From an uncultured cyanobacterium (GTDB lineage: Bacteria > Cyanobacteriota > Cyanobacteriia > PCC-6307 > Cyanobiaceae): 64,000 bases of DNA. The stretch lies in the NCBI GenBank assembly GCA_963697335.1, contig CAVONQ010000007.1, positions 64,001 through 128,000 on the forward strand, in the 5' to 3' direction. Positions 34,201 through 44,789 of this stretch are shown here, in pieces (positions within the stretch are counted from its first letter, which is position 1; each line of letters starts with the position of its first letter). A program made the position numbers and the translations under genes. The notes beneath the pieces are model-generated. The model was not told the DNA's origin. It did not search any database and saw only the letters and a list, made by a program, of their open reading frames with translations.

Positions 34201-34279
34201 CCTCAGCACCGTGAACCGGACGGCGGCTCTCTATGGTGGCAATGGAGGACTGAACCCAGGCCCCGGCGGAGCCATTTAG
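31262..34279 (+). CDS. apcE: Phycobilisome core-membrane linker ApcE
   Basis: Phycobiliprotein domain with KSIRDLAWFLRY and chromophore Cys (KACS); three linker repeats ending FGE/QD(E)TVP. Confidence 0.97.
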   Translation: MTVTASSGSTRVAPQRYDTLPLSSVRQAEQEDRFPDGGELNNLVTFFQSGQRRVEAARRISDNADFIVAKAANRIFSGGTPLSYLDAPLSPAARSGSQTAVLASDQAAFRRSVETYAGASGSSGRGNLISRLLEGAGGDADVRVVLPTGFSPIAVGLYGTARMRKSIRDLAWFLRYVGYALVAGDPSILAVNTRGLRDVLEKACSLTATNVALQEMRAASAGLFKGEPDTRQLVIQYFNVLIAELAIPTPSARQRLGSPVSQGLQLPATYALGAQGKALRFVMKPAMTGAQKAEVIRAAYRQVFERDIAKGYGQEVCSVEATQTRQGQLSMREFIRALGRSRDYQKQFYGRFSNSRAVELAFRHFLGRGLSSREEFTAYFDIVSAQGLPGLVDCLVNSMEYARVFGEETVPYLRDLGEEAQESAGWGSNRKLFRFSAPFEGAPQYVTLYASYRQPYPDQHPYGGSNDPLGLTYGAIFPSSTAKVATRPAPFGYDSRRILIGNGLNQPGQMDSRQFRKAVPRRVGPKVVRLQQIATGGNSVPRRGGQPSIRGTEASTQAVINAVYVQVLGNAGYAGERNKVEEIKLENGDISLREFVRQVARSNAFRRRYWSGLYITKAIEVMHRRLLGRPSFGRWEIDAYFDTAARQGFYGVVDAMLNSREYNDCFGEDTVPFERFVTPADRTARKVPGLNRPFNAAAYPDLTPTKRPEVAPPLAVRTVGDITPRNLPQRSDVIRGGWSAKIVGGEVNRPVGPQSASASVRQQPAPQRTWRAPGVNALWSTPGGQGLASPSAAPAPVAGVWSKAVGGNLAAAPALQPGEAMQRALRPGQPQGFRRRQGLGRPVRVGRTASEAQVQEAVTSTYRQLLNRIPLAFERLKDAESQFRNVQLTTAEFVAQVATGELFQQRLNRMAPLRAASAAYLALLGRAAQPQEVSRYLATRAASGQVAAVEELLNSQDYAQAFGQDTVPYVRGLATADGIPLSTVNRTAALYGGNGGLNPGPGGAI

Positions 34280-34614
34280 ATGGGGCCTCAGACGCTTCCT
34301 GTGCTGGGACACTGACTCAAGAGTGGCCAGGGGCCCGTCACCGCTCCTGGGGGAGATGCATCATTCACTCCAAAGCCATCACAGCGTCAGTTGGGAATCC
34401 AACCCTCGGCGACCTGAACACTGCCAATCAGATGGTTGCTGCAAGCCTCGCCGCCACAAAGTTGACCATGCACGCTCGATGAGGAGCTGAGGCATTAACG
34501 CCCAAGCGAGTAACATCTTCTGCTTCGGAGAATCTCAACGAGAGGTGATTGATCGCAGGGAAAATTACCTGTATATCATTCCTTTCCTGGAGCTGATCAA
34601 AGCCACAGTCACCC

Positions 34615-34648
34615 CCCTACGACGCCCCTGGCCAGGGGCGTCGTAGGG
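34615..34648. repeat. Perfect 34-bp palindrome in the apcE-apcA spacer
   Basis: CCCTACGACGCCCCTGG|CCAGGGGCGTCGTAGGG, followed by TTTGTT. Confidence 0.9.
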
Positions 34649-34855
34649 TTTGTTCACTATTGGAAACATCCACCAAACCCCCTGCGCCCCAGTGCTTTTC
34701 CTTCCGAGCCAGGCCATGAAGAACTGTTACCGGAGCAGGAGCCATGGCGAGGCCTTGGCGCAGAATGATTCGGCGATCGGCGCGAGTCGATCACTCCCTT
34801 ACCCACCGGATACCGGTCTCCGTCAAGGCGGCCGCTTGTTTCGAGGCAGAACTGC

Positions 34856-35341
34856 ATGAGCATCGTCTCCAACTCGATCATCAACGCGGACGCCGAAGCC
34901 CGCTATCTCAGCCCTGGCGAACTCGACCAGATCAAATCCTTCGTGACCGCAGGCCAGCGCCGTGTGCGCGTGGCCCAGGTCCTGAGCGAGAGCCGCGAAC
35001 GCATCGTCAAAACCGCCGGAGGTGCGCTGTTCCAGCGGCGTCCCGACGTCATCTCCCCTGGTGGCAACGCCTATGGCGAGGAGATGACCGCGTCTTGCCT
35101 GCGGGACATGGACTACTACCTGCGCCTGGTCACCTACGGCGTTGTGGCCGGTGATGTGACACCCATTGAGGAAATCGGGATCATCGGTGCCAAGGAGATG
35201 TATCGGTCCCTGGGCACGCCTCTCGATGCAATGGCAGAGGCTGTCCGCGAGATGAAGAACGTGGCCACCGGCATGCTCACGGGTGGTGACGCCGAAGAAG
35301 CTGGTTTCTACTTCGACTACGTCATCGGCGCCCTCTCCTGA
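34856..35341 (+). CDS. apcA: Allophycocyanin alpha
   Basis: [32 protein letters not shown]. Confidence 0.99.
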   Translation: MSIVSNSIINADAEARYLSPGELDQIKSFVTAGQRRVRVAQVLSESRERIVKTAGGALFQRRPDVISPGGNAYGEEMTASCLRDMDYYLRLVTYGVVAGDVTPIEEIGIIGAKEMYRSLGTPLDAMAEAVREMKNVATGMLTGGDAEEAGFYFDYVIGALS

Positions 35342-35383
35342 GGCTGCTCTTTCCCTTTTTCTCCTACGCCTTCAGCAGGATTC

Positions 35384-35872
35384 ATGCAAGACGCCATCAC
35401 CAACGTCATTAATCAGGCCGACGTTCAAGGCCTGTATCTCGACGGCTCCGCCATGGGACGTCTGGAGCAGTACTTCGCCAGCGGTGAGCTGCGCGTCCGT
35501 GCCGCCGCCACGATCAGTGCCAATGCTTCCGGCATCATCAAAGAGGCTGTAGCCAAGTCACTGTTGTATTCGGACATCACCCGTCCGGGCGGCAACATGT
35601 ACACCTGCCGTCGTTATGCGGCCTGCATTCGCGACCTCGACTACTACCTGCGCTACGCCACCTACGCCATGCTGGCGGGTGACACCTCCATTCTGGATGA
35701 GCGGGTTCTGAACGGCCTCAAGGAAACCTACAACTCCCTTGGGGTGCCCATCGGCGCCACGGTGCAGTCGATTCAGGCCATGAAGGAAGTCACCGCCTCC
35801 CTCGTGGGTCCCGATGCAGGCCGTGAAATGGCCGTTTACTTCGACTACATCTGCTCGGGTCTGGGCAACTGA
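35384..35872 (+). CDS. apcB: Allophycocyanin beta
   Basis: [19 protein letters not shown]. Confidence 0.99.
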   Translation: MQDAITNVINQADVQGLYLDGSAMGRLEQYFASGELRVRAAATISANASGIIKEAVAKSLLYSDITRPGGNMYTCRRYAACIRDLDYYLRYATYAMLAGDTSILDERVLNGLKETYNSLGVPIGATVQSIQAMKEVTASLVGPDAGREMAVYFDYICSGLGN

Positions 35873-35906
35873 TCCAGAGTTTCCGTCTATCCCTGCGGAT
35901 CACTCC

Positions 35907-36107
35907 ATGCGCCTGTTCAAAATCACTGCCTGCATCCCTTGTCCTGAGAAGTCGCGCACCCAACGCGAACTTCAAAACACCTACTTCACCAAGTGGGTGC
36001 CCTATGAGAGCTGGTTTGCTGAGCAGCAGCGAATCATGAAGCAAGGAGGCAAGATTCTCAAGGTTGAATTGGCCACCGGCCGCCGCCAAGTGAATGTTGG
36101 CAATTGA
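35907..36107 (+). CDS. apcC: Phycobilisome small core linker
   Basis: MRLFKITAC...RELQNTYFTK...QQRIMKQGGKI. Confidence 0.97.
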   Translation: MRLFKITACIPCPEKSRTQRELQNTYFTKWVPYESWFAEQQRIMKQGGKILKVELATGRRQVNVGN

Positions 36108-36156
36108 GTGAATCTTCGCTCATTCGTTCTGCTCAGCGTGACTGAACTTCTAACCG

Positions 36157-36182
36157 GCCCGGCTCTGTGCTGGGCTTTTTTC
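36157..36182 (+). terminator. Intrinsic terminator after apcC
   Basis: GCCCGGC-loop-GCTGGGC followed by a T run. Confidence 0.8.
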
Positions 36183-36309
36183 ATGGCACATCCCTGCAGC
36201 GAACCATGACAGGACAGCTGCATGGGCGGCCTCAAGACTCGACAAGCAGGGGTGAGACACGTCTCAATAGGAGTCCTTCCTGGCCCTGCCAGGCACCGTT
36301 GTCCACCCC

Positions 36310-37530
36310 GTGACCTCCACTGCTGCGACCACAGCCGCACGGCCACGACGGCCGGGCCGCCGGCCCCACACCGTCAAACCTGACCGGACCCTTCCGCCTT
36401 GGCCATGGGCTGAGTGGCCTGCGGAAGCCCGGCTACTCTTGGCCCTGGCGGCCCTGTGGAGCCTGATGGGCTTGCTGGTGCTCGCCTCCGCAAGCTGGTG
36501 GGTGGCCGAGCGGGAGATGGGCGATGGCGCCTTCTATCTCAAGCGCCAACTGATCTGGATGGTGGCCAGCTGGGGACTGCTCTGGATGGCCGTGCGCACA
36601 AGCCTGCGGCGCTGGCTGCACCTGGCTCCCCTCGCCCTATTGATCGGCACCCTGCTGGTGGCTGCCACCCTGGTGATGGGCAGCACCGTGAATGGCGCCA
36701 GTCGCTGGTTGGTGCTAGGCCCCATCCAGATCCAGCCCTCCGAGCTGGTGAAGCCCTTCGTGGTGCTGCAGGGGGCCGCCCTGTTCGCCCACTGGCGCCG
36801 CATCAGTCTCGATCAGAAGCTCCTGTGGCTGGGCGTGTTCGGCACCCTGATCCTGCTGGTGCTCAAACAACCCAACCTCAGCACCGCCGCCCTCACCGGA
36901 CTCCTGCTCTGGCTGATGGCCCTGGCCGGAGGGGTGGGACTGCCCCTGCTGCTAGGGGCCGCCACCGCGGGGGGGCTGCTGGGCTCGGCCAGCATCCTGA
37001 TCAACGACTACCAACGACTGCGGGTGATCTCGTTCCTGGACCCCTGGCGGGACGCCCAGGGAGACGGCTACCAGCTTGTGCAGAGCCTGCTGGCCATCGG
37101 CTCCGGGGGGCTGCTCGGCGAGGGCTTCGGCCTCTCGACCCAGAAGCTCCAATACCTGCCGATCCAGACCACCGACTTCATCTTTGCCGTCTACGCCGAG
37201 GAGTTCGGCTACGTGGGCTCGGTGGCACTGCTGCTGTTCCTGCTCCTGTTCGGCTTTGTAGGGGTGCGGGTGGCGCTCAGTTGCCGCAGCAACCAACAGC
37301 GACTCGTGGCCATGGGCGCCACCACCCTGCTGGTGGGCCAGTCGATTCTCAACATTGCCGTGGCCAGCGGGGCCATGCCCACCACGGGGCTGCCGCTGCC
37401 CCTGATCAGCTACGGAGGGAATTCCCTACTGGCCAGCCTGCTGATCTGCGGCCTGCTGATTCGCTGTTCGCTGGAATCAGGGGGCCTCACCGCTGAACCG
37501 CGACGGCGTCGCCCCCAGCCGGCCCGATAG
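36310..37530 (+). CDS. ftsW: FtsW/RodA SEDS protein
   Basis: GASRW, IQPSELVK, QPNL, GYQ, TDFIFA, LPLISYGG. Confidence 0.93.
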   Translation: MTSTAATTAARPRRPGRRPHTVKPDRTLPPWPWAEWPAEARLLLALAALWSLMGLLVLASASWWVAEREMGDGAFYLKRQLIWMVASWGLLWMAVRTSLRRWLHLAPLALLIGTLLVAATLVMGSTVNGASRWLVLGPIQIQPSELVKPFVVLQGAALFAHWRRISLDQKLLWLGVFGTLILLVLKQPNLSTAALTGLLLWLMALAGGVGLPLLLGAATAGGLLGSASILINDYQRLRVISFLDPWRDAQGDGYQLVQSLLAIGSGGLLGEGFGLSTQKLQYLPIQTTDFIFAVYAEEFGYVGSVALLLFLLLFGFVGVRVALSCRSNQQRLVAMGATTLLVGQSILNIAVASGAMPTTGLPLPLISYGGNSLLASLLICGLLIRCSLESGGLTAEPRRRRPQPAR

Positions 37531-37539
37531 GCTGGAGGC

Positions 37540-38268
37540 ATGATCGAAGCTGGCTCAGCACTGGCCGATTGGGCACGCAACAGTGAGCTGCTGCTCCAGA
37601 ACTCCCTCCAACATCCCGGGCCCGCCACCTTGCTTGTGGTGTTCGGGGGCGGGGTGTTGACCAGCCTTGGCCCATGCTCCCTCTCCCTGCTGCCCGTGAC
37701 CCTCGCCTACCTGGCCGGGTTCAGCGCCCAGAGTGAAGGCAGCCGACCCTGGTTGCGCAGTGCCAGCTTCGCCGCCGGGATCGTTGCCGCGCTGGTGCTG
37801 CTGGGCCTGGCCAGTGGGCTGCTCGGCAGGATCTATGGCCAGATTCCCGGCCTGATTCCCACCATCGTGGCCCTGATCGCCCTGGCCATGGGCCTCAACC
37901 TGCTGGGTTGGCTGCCGTTGCAGCTTCCTGCAGGCCCGGATCCAGAACGCTGGCGCCAGCATGTTCCCGCCCCTCTGGCTCCCATGGCCGCGGGCCTGGC
38001 CTTTGGCCTGGCGGCCACGCCCTGCACCACGCCCGTGCTGGCGGTGCTGCTGGCCTGGATGGCCCAGGTGGGTAAGCCCCTGGTGGGCATGCTGTTGCTC
38101 ACCAGCTTCGGGGCTGGCCAGGTGGTGCCCCTGCTGCTGGCCGGCACCGTGGCCGCCAGCCTGCAGGGCCTGCTCAGCCTGCGGCGCCTGGGTCAGTGGG
38201 TGCCACCCCTGAGCGGCGCCGTGCTGCTGGCGACCGGACTGGTGATGCTGGTCGCCAACTGGACCTGA
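37540..38268 (+). CDS. ccdA: Cytochrome c biogenesis protein CcdA
   Basis: LGPC and TPCTTP Cys motifs, multi-TM. Confidence 0.92.
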   Translation: MIEAGSALADWARNSELLLQNSLQHPGPATLLVVFGGGVLTSLGPCSLSLLPVTLAYLAGFSAQSEGSRPWLRSASFAAGIVAALVLLGLASGLLGRIYGQIPGLIPTIVALIALAMGLNLLGWLPLQLPAGPDPERWRQHVPAPLAPMAAGLAFGLAATPCTTPVLAVLLAWMAQVGKPLVGMLLLTSFGAGQVVPLLLAGTVAASLQGLLSLRRLGQWVPPLSGAVLLATGLVMLVANWT

Positions 38269-38272
38269 CCCC

Positions 38273-39565
38273 ATGAGTGCCCTGCAACGCCTGGCTGGCT
38301 GGATTGCCGATCTGCGTCTGGCCATCGGTCTCCTGATCGTGATCGCCATCGCCAGCGGTGTCGGCACCGCCATTCCCCAGAAAGAGCCGGAAGGCCTCTA
38401 CCACCAGCTCTACGACCCCCAGCCTTGGCTGGGGGTGCTCAATGCCGACAGGGTGCTCGCCCTGGAACTCGACCATGTGTATTCCAGCCACTGGTTCCTG
38501 GCGCTGCTGGCCTGGTTGGCCCTCTCGCTTCTGCTGTGCAGCTGGCGGCGCCAGTGGCCCGCTCTGCGGGCCTCGCTGCGCTGGATCGATTACCGCAGCC
38601 CGCGCCAGCTGAGCAAGCTGAACGTGGCCGAAACGCGGGCGTGCGACGACGCCGGCGCCGATCTGCAACGCCTGGAGGAACGGCTGCGGGCCGAGGGCTG
38701 GCAGGTGCAGCGCAAGCCCGATCGCCTCGCCGCCAGGCGAGGAGTGCTGGGGCGGGTGGGGCCGCTGTTGGTGCATGCCGGCATGGTGGTGCTGATGCTG
38801 GGGGCCGCCTGGGGAGCCCTCGGGGGCCAGCGGGCTGAGCAATTCCTGGCACCTGGGCGAAGCCTGGAGCTGGTCGACAGCCGCGGCCACAGCACCCTCA
38901 CCCTCGCCCTCGACAGCTTTGCCGTGGAGCGCGATCCCGCCGGGCGACCGGAACAGTTCCGCTCCGACCTGCGGCTGCTGGAGGGGGACGGCGAAACCGG
39001 CACGCTGCTGAAGGCCTCCCAGATCAGCGTCAACCACCCCCTCCGCTTCCAGGGAGTCACGCTTTACCAGGCCGACTGGGGCCTGGCCGCCATCACCGTC
39101 CAGCTCGGGCGCAGCCCGCTGCTGCAGCTGCCCCTGCAGAGCTTCCCCGAGCTGGGAGAGCAGATCTGGGGTCTGGTGCTGCCCACCCGGCCCGATGGGT
39201 CGGATCCGGTGCTGCTCAGCCTCAGCAGCGAGCAGGGGCCGGTGGAGGTGTTCGGCGCCGATGGCTCCAGACTCGGCCAACTGGGGATCGGTGCCGCGCC
39301 CCTGGAGATCAATGGGCTGCCTGTACGGGTGGAGTCGGTGCTGCCGGCCAGCGGCATCCTGCTCAAGCGGGACCCAGGCGTCCCCCTGGTGTACTCGGGC
39401 TTTGCCATCGCCCTGGCCGGCGGCGGCCTGAGCCTGCTGGCCACCCGCCAGCTCTGGGCGATCGCCGAGGTCGGGCGATTGCACGTGGCCGGGCTGTGCA
39501 ACCGCAACCTCACCGCCTTTGCACGGGAACTGCCCGACTTGCTCACTCCGCCTCAGCAGGCCTGA
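38273..39565 (+). CDS. ccs1: Cytochrome c biogenesis protein Ccs1/ResB
   Basis: GTAIPQ, GPLLVH, ISVNHPL, YQADW, DPGVP. Confidence 0.92.
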   Translation: MSALQRLAGWIADLRLAIGLLIVIAIASGVGTAIPQKEPEGLYHQLYDPQPWLGVLNADRVLALELDHVYSSHWFLALLAWLALSLLLCSWRRQWPALRASLRWIDYRSPRQLSKLNVAETRACDDAGADLQRLEERLRAEGWQVQRKPDRLAARRGVLGRVGPLLVHAGMVVLMLGAAWGALGGQRAEQFLAPGRSLELVDSRGHSTLTLALDSFAVERDPAGRPEQFRSDLRLLEGDGETGTLLKASQISVNHPLRFQGVTLYQADWGLAAITVQLGRSPLLQLPLQSFPELGEQIWGLVLPTRPDGSDPVLLSLSSEQGPVEVFGADGSRLGQLGIGAAPLEINGLPVRVESVLPASGILLKRDPGVPLVYSGFAIALAGGGLSLLATRQLWAIAEVGRLHVAGLCNRNLTAFARELPDLLTPPQQA

Positions 39566-39987
39566 CGGCCGCCGTGGCGGACCGTGACCAGCGTGTGGAC
39601 GTTGCCGCGCGGATTGAAATCGGCCTCCAGCTGCATCCATACCGGCTCGCAGGCCGCGACGAAGTCGTCCAGGATCCTGTTGGCCACCTCCTCATGGGAG
39701 ATGCTGCGATCGCGATAGCTGTTCACATACAGCTTGATGGCCTTCAGCTCCATGACCCTGGGACCGGGCTGGTAGAGCAGCCGCAGGGTGGCGAAATCGG
39801 GATAGCCCGAGAAAGGACAGAGGCAGGTGAATTCCGGCAGGGTGATGGCGATGTCGTAAGGGCGCCCCGGCCGCGGGTTGTCAAAGCAGATCAATCGGGA
39901 TTCCGCGATCGCCCGTTCGCCGTAGAGGGGCGTGTGGGTGTGCTCTGGGGCGGAGCTGGCGTTCGCCATGGGGGCGGCGGATGGCAT
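39553..39987 (-). CDS. queF: preQ0 reductase
   Basis: [31 protein letters not shown]. Confidence 0.96.
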   Translation of the reverse strand: MPSAAPMANASSAPEHTHTPLYGERAIAESRLICFDNPRPGRPYDIAITLPEFTCLCPFSGYPDFATLRLLYQPGPRVMELKAIKLYVNSYRDRSISHEEVANRILDDFVAACEPVWMQLEADFNPRGNVHTLVTVRHGGRQAC

Positions 39988-40095
39988 GGACACGGCAGGG
40001 AACACAGCGGCTAGCGGCCATGATGGCTGAAACCAGCTGGGGGCCTGGGCGCCGCTGCCGCCCAAAAGCGGGGATCCTGTCCAGGCGCTGGCCAA

Positions 40096-40109
40096 GTAGC
40101 ATCGGCTAC
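40096..40109 (+). promoter_or_regulatory. NtcA binding site upstream of glnB
   Basis: GTA-gcatcggc-TAC, with a -10-like CGTAAT 22 nt downstream (40132-40137). Confidence 0.75.
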
Positions 40110-40178
40110 GACAACACCCCCCTGGCTCAGGCGTAATGGACCCCTCTCCGCCAAAAGCGGAGAACCCTGAGACCCTGA

Positions 40179-40538
<360 letters not shown>

Positions 40539-40557
40539 GCCAGCCGGCAGAGACCAC

Positions 40558-40577
40558 AAGGGGGCAGCTGCCCCCTT
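40558..40577. terminator. Palindrome between convergent glnB and tlyA
   Basis: AAGGGGGCAG|CTGCCCCCTT. Confidence 0.7.
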
Positions 40578-40595
40578 TGCACGACAACCACCCCC

Positions 40596-41462
40596 TCAGG
40601 GTGTGGCCAGGGTGAGCGCGACGCACGCTTTGATCGCTCTGATCCTGTCTTTGGGATCCTGTGGCAAGGCCCAGTCCGCCAGGGTCGGAACGCTCTCCAT
40701 TGGCACCGAACGCAGCCAGAGCAGGTATTCGTGGTTGCCGGCCGGGCCTGTGATCGGGGATGCCACCAGGCCTGGGGCCTGAAGACCCTGCTGTTCAGCG
40801 GCCCTCAGCACCGCCGTGATCGCCCCGACATGGGCCTCCGGACTGCGAACCACACCCCCCTTGCCCACCTGGCCCTTACCCACCTCGAACTGGGGTTTGA
40901 CCAGCAGGATCAGATCGCGCGGTGCAGTGGATGGGCCGTCTCCCAGCAGCGCCAGCAGAGCCGGCAGCACAAGGGCCAGGGAGATGAACGACACGTCGGC
41001 CACGGCCAGATCCGGTCTGGGGTCGGTGACGCCGAACAGCGCTTCAGGGGTCAGATGGCGCAGGTTGGTGCGCTCCTTGAGCACCACCCGCGGGTCACAG
41101 CGCAGGCGCCAGGCCGTCTGGCCGTAACCCACATCAATGCCGTACACCCGCGCAGCCCCGTGCTGCAACAAGCAGTCGGTGAAGCCGCCCGTCGAGATGC
41201 CGCCATCCAGACACACCCGACCCGTCACCGGGAGCGGGAAAGTCGCCAGGGCCAGCTCCAGCTTCTCGCCGCCGCGGGACACGTAGCGGGGCAGCTGCAG
41301 CACCTTCAACGGCAGCGCAGGTGCCACCTCAGTGCCGGGTTTATCGAGGATGCGCTCACCGCTGCGCACGCGGCCGGCGCGGATCAGCACCTGGGCCTGC
41401 TGGCGTGTCTCCACCAAGCCGCGGGCTACCAGTTCCAGATCCAGGCGCTGTTTCGAAGCCAC
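40596..41462 (-). CDS. tlyA: TlyA-family rRNA methyltransferase
   Basis: YVSRGGEKL, STGGFTD, DVGYGQ, DVSFISL, KPQFE. Confidence 0.94.
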   Translation of the reverse strand: MASKQRLDLELVARGLVETRQQAQVLIRAGRVRSGERILDKPGTEVAPALPLKVLQLPRYVSRGGEKLELALATFPLPVTGRVCLDGGISTGGFTDCLLQHGAARVYGIDVGYGQTAWRLRCDPRVVLKERTNLRHLTPEALFGVTDPRPDLAVADVSFISLALVLPALLALLGDGPSTAPRDLILLVKPQFEVGKGQVGKGGVVRSPEAHVGAITAVLRAAEQQGLQAPGLVASPITGPAGNHEYLLWLRSVPMESVPTLADWALPQDPKDRIRAIKACVALTLATP

Positions 41463-41588
41463 GACTCCTGAGGCAGACAAGTGTTGCCGTTCCCTGATCA
41501 AACCACAAGGTCAACGGAACAGATTGCGTGAATGTCCACGGCGGCACCCGCAGCCGCCTGAAGATGGCTTCAGCCCCGAAGCGGCAGT

Positions 41589-41837
41589 ATGAAGTCCAGC
41601 GCAGCCAGCATTCCACCCACAGGCCATGTGGCCGACCTGGAGCGCCACCGTCAGTTGGCTGTGGGCAAAGAGGCCCTGACACCCGGCAGCTTTGTCACGC
41701 TCAGGAACCAGCCCCCCGACCTCCCCCCCTTCCAGCTGATCCACTGCCGTGATGGACGCTGCTGGGTGCGCCAACAGAGCTGGGGGGCGATGGTGCAGTG
41801 GGAGGTAGCCCACCGCCAGCTGAGGGCCCTGGCCTGA
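41589..41837 (+). CDS. Small hypothetical protein
   Basis: QPPDLPPFQ...GRCWVRQQSW, recalled as conserved in picocyanobacteria. Confidence 0.6.
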   Translation: MKSSAASIPPTGHVADLERHRQLAVGKEALTPGSFVTLRNQPPDLPPFQLIHCRDGRCWVRQQSWGAMVQWEVAHRQLRALA

Positions 41838-41937
41838 TCCCCGTCGGCCCCGTGGTCGCCGGTGAAGCCACCACCCCTTCCAGAACCGCGTCCTTCCAGA
41901 CCCATACATTGGGTAGGCCGTTGCCACTCGCTGGGCC

Positions 41938-43233
41938 TTGATCGAGCGTTACACCCTGCCTGAGATGGCCACAATCTGGAGCGAGCAGGCCAAGTTCCAG
42001 AGCTGGCTTGACGTCGAGATCGCTGCCACCGCCGCCAACTGCGAGCTGGGTCGGGTGCCCGGCCAGGCCTTGGCCCAGATCAGGGAGAAGGCCAGCTTCA
42101 GCGTGGAGCGGATCCTGAGCATCGAGGCCGAGGTGCGCCATGACGTGATCGCCTTCCTCACCAATGTGAATGAACACGTGGGAGACGCGGGGCGCTACAT
42201 CCACGTGGGGATGACCAGCTCCGATGTGCTGGACACCGGGCTGGCGCTGCAGATGAAGGCCTCCGTGCAGGTGCTGCGCCAGGAACTGGATCAGCTGGTG
42301 GAGGCGCTGCGGAGCCTGGCCCGGCAGCACAAGGACACGGTGATGATCGGCCGCTCCCATGCGATTCACGGCGAACCGATCACCTTCGGGTTCAAGGTGG
42401 CCGGCTGGCTGGCCGAGACCCTGCGCAACCAGGAGCGGCTCGAGCGGCTCGAGCAGGTGGTGAGCGTGGGTCAGATCAGCGGCGCCATGGGCACCTATGC
42501 CAACACCGACCCCGAAGTGGAGGTCATCGCCTGCAGGCAGCTGGGTCTGGTGCCGGACACAGCCAGCACCCAGGTGATCGCCCGCGATCGCCATGCGGAA
42601 TACATTCAGACCCTGGCCCTGGTGGGAACCTCGCTAGAGCGCTTCTCCACCGAGATCCGCAATCTGCAGCGCACCGACGTGCTGGAGCTGGAAGAGAACT
42701 TCGCCAAGGGACAGAAGGGCAGCTCGGCCATGCCCCACAAGCGCAATCCGATCCGCAGCGAACGGATCAGCGGCCTGGCCAGGGTGCTGCGCAGCTACAC
42801 CGTGGCGGCCCTGGAAAACTGCGCCCTCTGGCATGAGCGCGACATCAGCCACAGCTCGGTGGAGCGCATGATGCTGCCGGATTGTTCCGCCACCCTGCAG
42901 TTCATGCTCAGGGAGATGACTGAGGTGGTGCAGGGTCTGGGGATCTACCCCGAGAACATGACTCGAAACATGAATATCTACGGGGGCGTCGTGTTCAGCC
43001 AGCGCGTCTTGCTTGCCTTGGTGGAATCGGGTCTCAACCGCGAAGAGGCCTACCGCCTTGTGCAGACCCACGCCCATGCGGCTTGGAACAGCGAAGCCGG
43101 TCATTTCCGTGACAATCTCGAGGGCGACCCAGCGGTGACAGGGCGTCTGACCACAGAGGCTCTAGCGGAATGTTTCTCCACGGAACTGCACCGAGAGAAT
43201 TTGACTGTGATCTGGCAGCGGCTCGGGATCTGA
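41938..43233 (+). CDS. purB: Adenylosuccinate lyase
   Basis: RHDV, GSSAMPHKRNP, HERDISHS. Confidence 0.98.
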   Translation: MIERYTLPEMATIWSEQAKFQSWLDVEIAATAANCELGRVPGQALAQIREKASFSVERILSIEAEVRHDVIAFLTNVNEHVGDAGRYIHVGMTSSDVLDTGLALQMKASVQVLRQELDQLVEALRSLARQHKDTVMIGRSHAIHGEPITFGFKVAGWLAETLRNQERLERLEQVVSVGQISGAMGTYANTDPEVEVIACRQLGLVPDTASTQVIARDRHAEYIQTLALVGTSLERFSTEIRNLQRTDVLELEENFAKGQKGSSAMPHKRNPIRSERISGLARVLRSYTVAALENCALWHERDISHSSVERMMLPDCSATLQFMLREMTEVVQGLGIYPENMTRNMNIYGGVVFSQRVLLALVESGLNREEAYRLVQTHAHAAWNSEAGHFRDNLEGDPAVTGRLTTEALAECFSTELHRENLTVIWQRLGI

Positions 43234-43261
43234 ATCGATCCCGGCGTCCTACAATAGGGGC

Positions 43262-44582
43262 TCAGCGAGTAAGGATATTGTAAAGAGAGGCAGCATTCAA
43301 CAAGGGGCCGAGGGGTGCCACTGCCTGCGTCAGAGTGTCATTAAAGCGGGTCCAGTTGTTACGGGCCACCACGATCACGTCACCATTCCGCAGGGGAGGA
43401 TTGGCCTCCGAACCCAGGGCTGCAGAGGGGTTAAAGGCAACTTCCTTGGACAGTGATTGTACCATCAGCCTCCAACCGCAGCAGTCGGACGTTGGATGCT
43501 TTGGCGCGCTGGGGATCAAGGCCACCGGCGGCCATCACCGCATTGGTCAGAGGGCTATTTGATTTCACCTGCTTGACGCCGGGAAACTCTACTTCACCAA
43601 CGACATTGACCGAGATGGCGTCAGGAGCAAAGTTGGATGCCCCAGTGGCAATGAGGGCTTCATTGGAGCGAACCCCTTCCAGCTTGCCGACCCTAATCAT
43701 GTCACCGTCATTAATCAGCGGATTGACGACCTGCTGATTATTCATCAAGACGCTCAGGTAGTCGAAGTGATATTCGCGGGGTGACTCTCCAGGACCATTG
43801 CCTCGACGTACCAGCACCAGATTGGACAGATCCCCCAGGGCAGTGAGGCCCCCGGCCCGCTGAATCGCATCCACCATGGTGGGCCAGCCATAGGTGGCTA
43901 CGACAGTGCCCTCTACACCGGGGCCCGCCGCTCGCAGTGTTGAGGTCGATGGATCGCGGCTGAGGGTATAAAAGCCAGGACGCTCCAGCTGACCCACCAA
44001 CGAGACCCGCACCGGCCTCGGCGCGATCAGGTCGATGTAGACTAGGGGTCGACGCAGGATCGTGGAGTAAAGGCTTGTGATGCGCTGATTGGATTCATCT
44101 AGGGTCAAGCCCCACACATTCACCGACCCGATCCGAGGCAGGTTCACCGTGCCATCACTGAGAACCTCAGTTTCGGCGCCGTAACCATCAACCTTGAACA
44201 CAGAAATCCGCACCCGATCCCCAGGGGCCAGGCGATAGCGGAAATTGCTTGTCTCAGGGCTGAAGATGGCCCGGGTGGCCTGCTGGGTGGCGCGCGGTGG
44301 CTGCGCCACGGGTTCGGCCAGGATGCGGCTGGGAACGGGAGTGTCTGCTTGGGGGGCGGGTGCATCCCCGGACATCGGGTAAGCCTGGCGCTCGGCCAAC
44401 CAAGGGCCTGAAGTCTGCTTGATGGTTGTGGGGCGCTGCCGGCCTGCAGGCTGCTCCTGGCCTGCCTGAGCGGGGTTGCCCGGAACCATCAGGCCTGGAC
44501 TGGCGAGCAGAAGGCCTGCAGCCCCGATCCGCAGCGGAGCCTGCGCGGCAGCCGTCAAATGGACACGGATAGAGGGCAGCAT
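43262..44582 (-). pseudogene. Polysaccharide export protein (Wza/KpsD-like, SLBB repeats), frameshifted near 43450
   Basis: YRLAPGD, DGTVNLPRIG, GEVEFPG; the C-terminus (NPPLRNGDVIVV) continues in the +1 frame. Confidence 0.85.
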
Positions 44583-44789
44583 CGAAACCTCGACGAACAC
44601 GCTGATCCCCAGCCACTACAGGCGGTTCAGCATTGGGCGTTCAGTGTAAGGGCAGAGTCTGATCTGATCCAGGTGACAGCCTCACAACCGGCAGGCCCCT
44701 GGTGCCCCCAGCCCTGGGCCTTGGTTCGGGGCCACCCCAGGTGGTTTCATGGGCAGCACGACGTCCACCTCGCTCAGCCCCAGCGACCA

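Noticed and set aside
34650..34884. Small ORFs in the apcE-apcA spacer
   Set aside because: No recognisable motifs or start context; more plausibly promoter or leader sequence.
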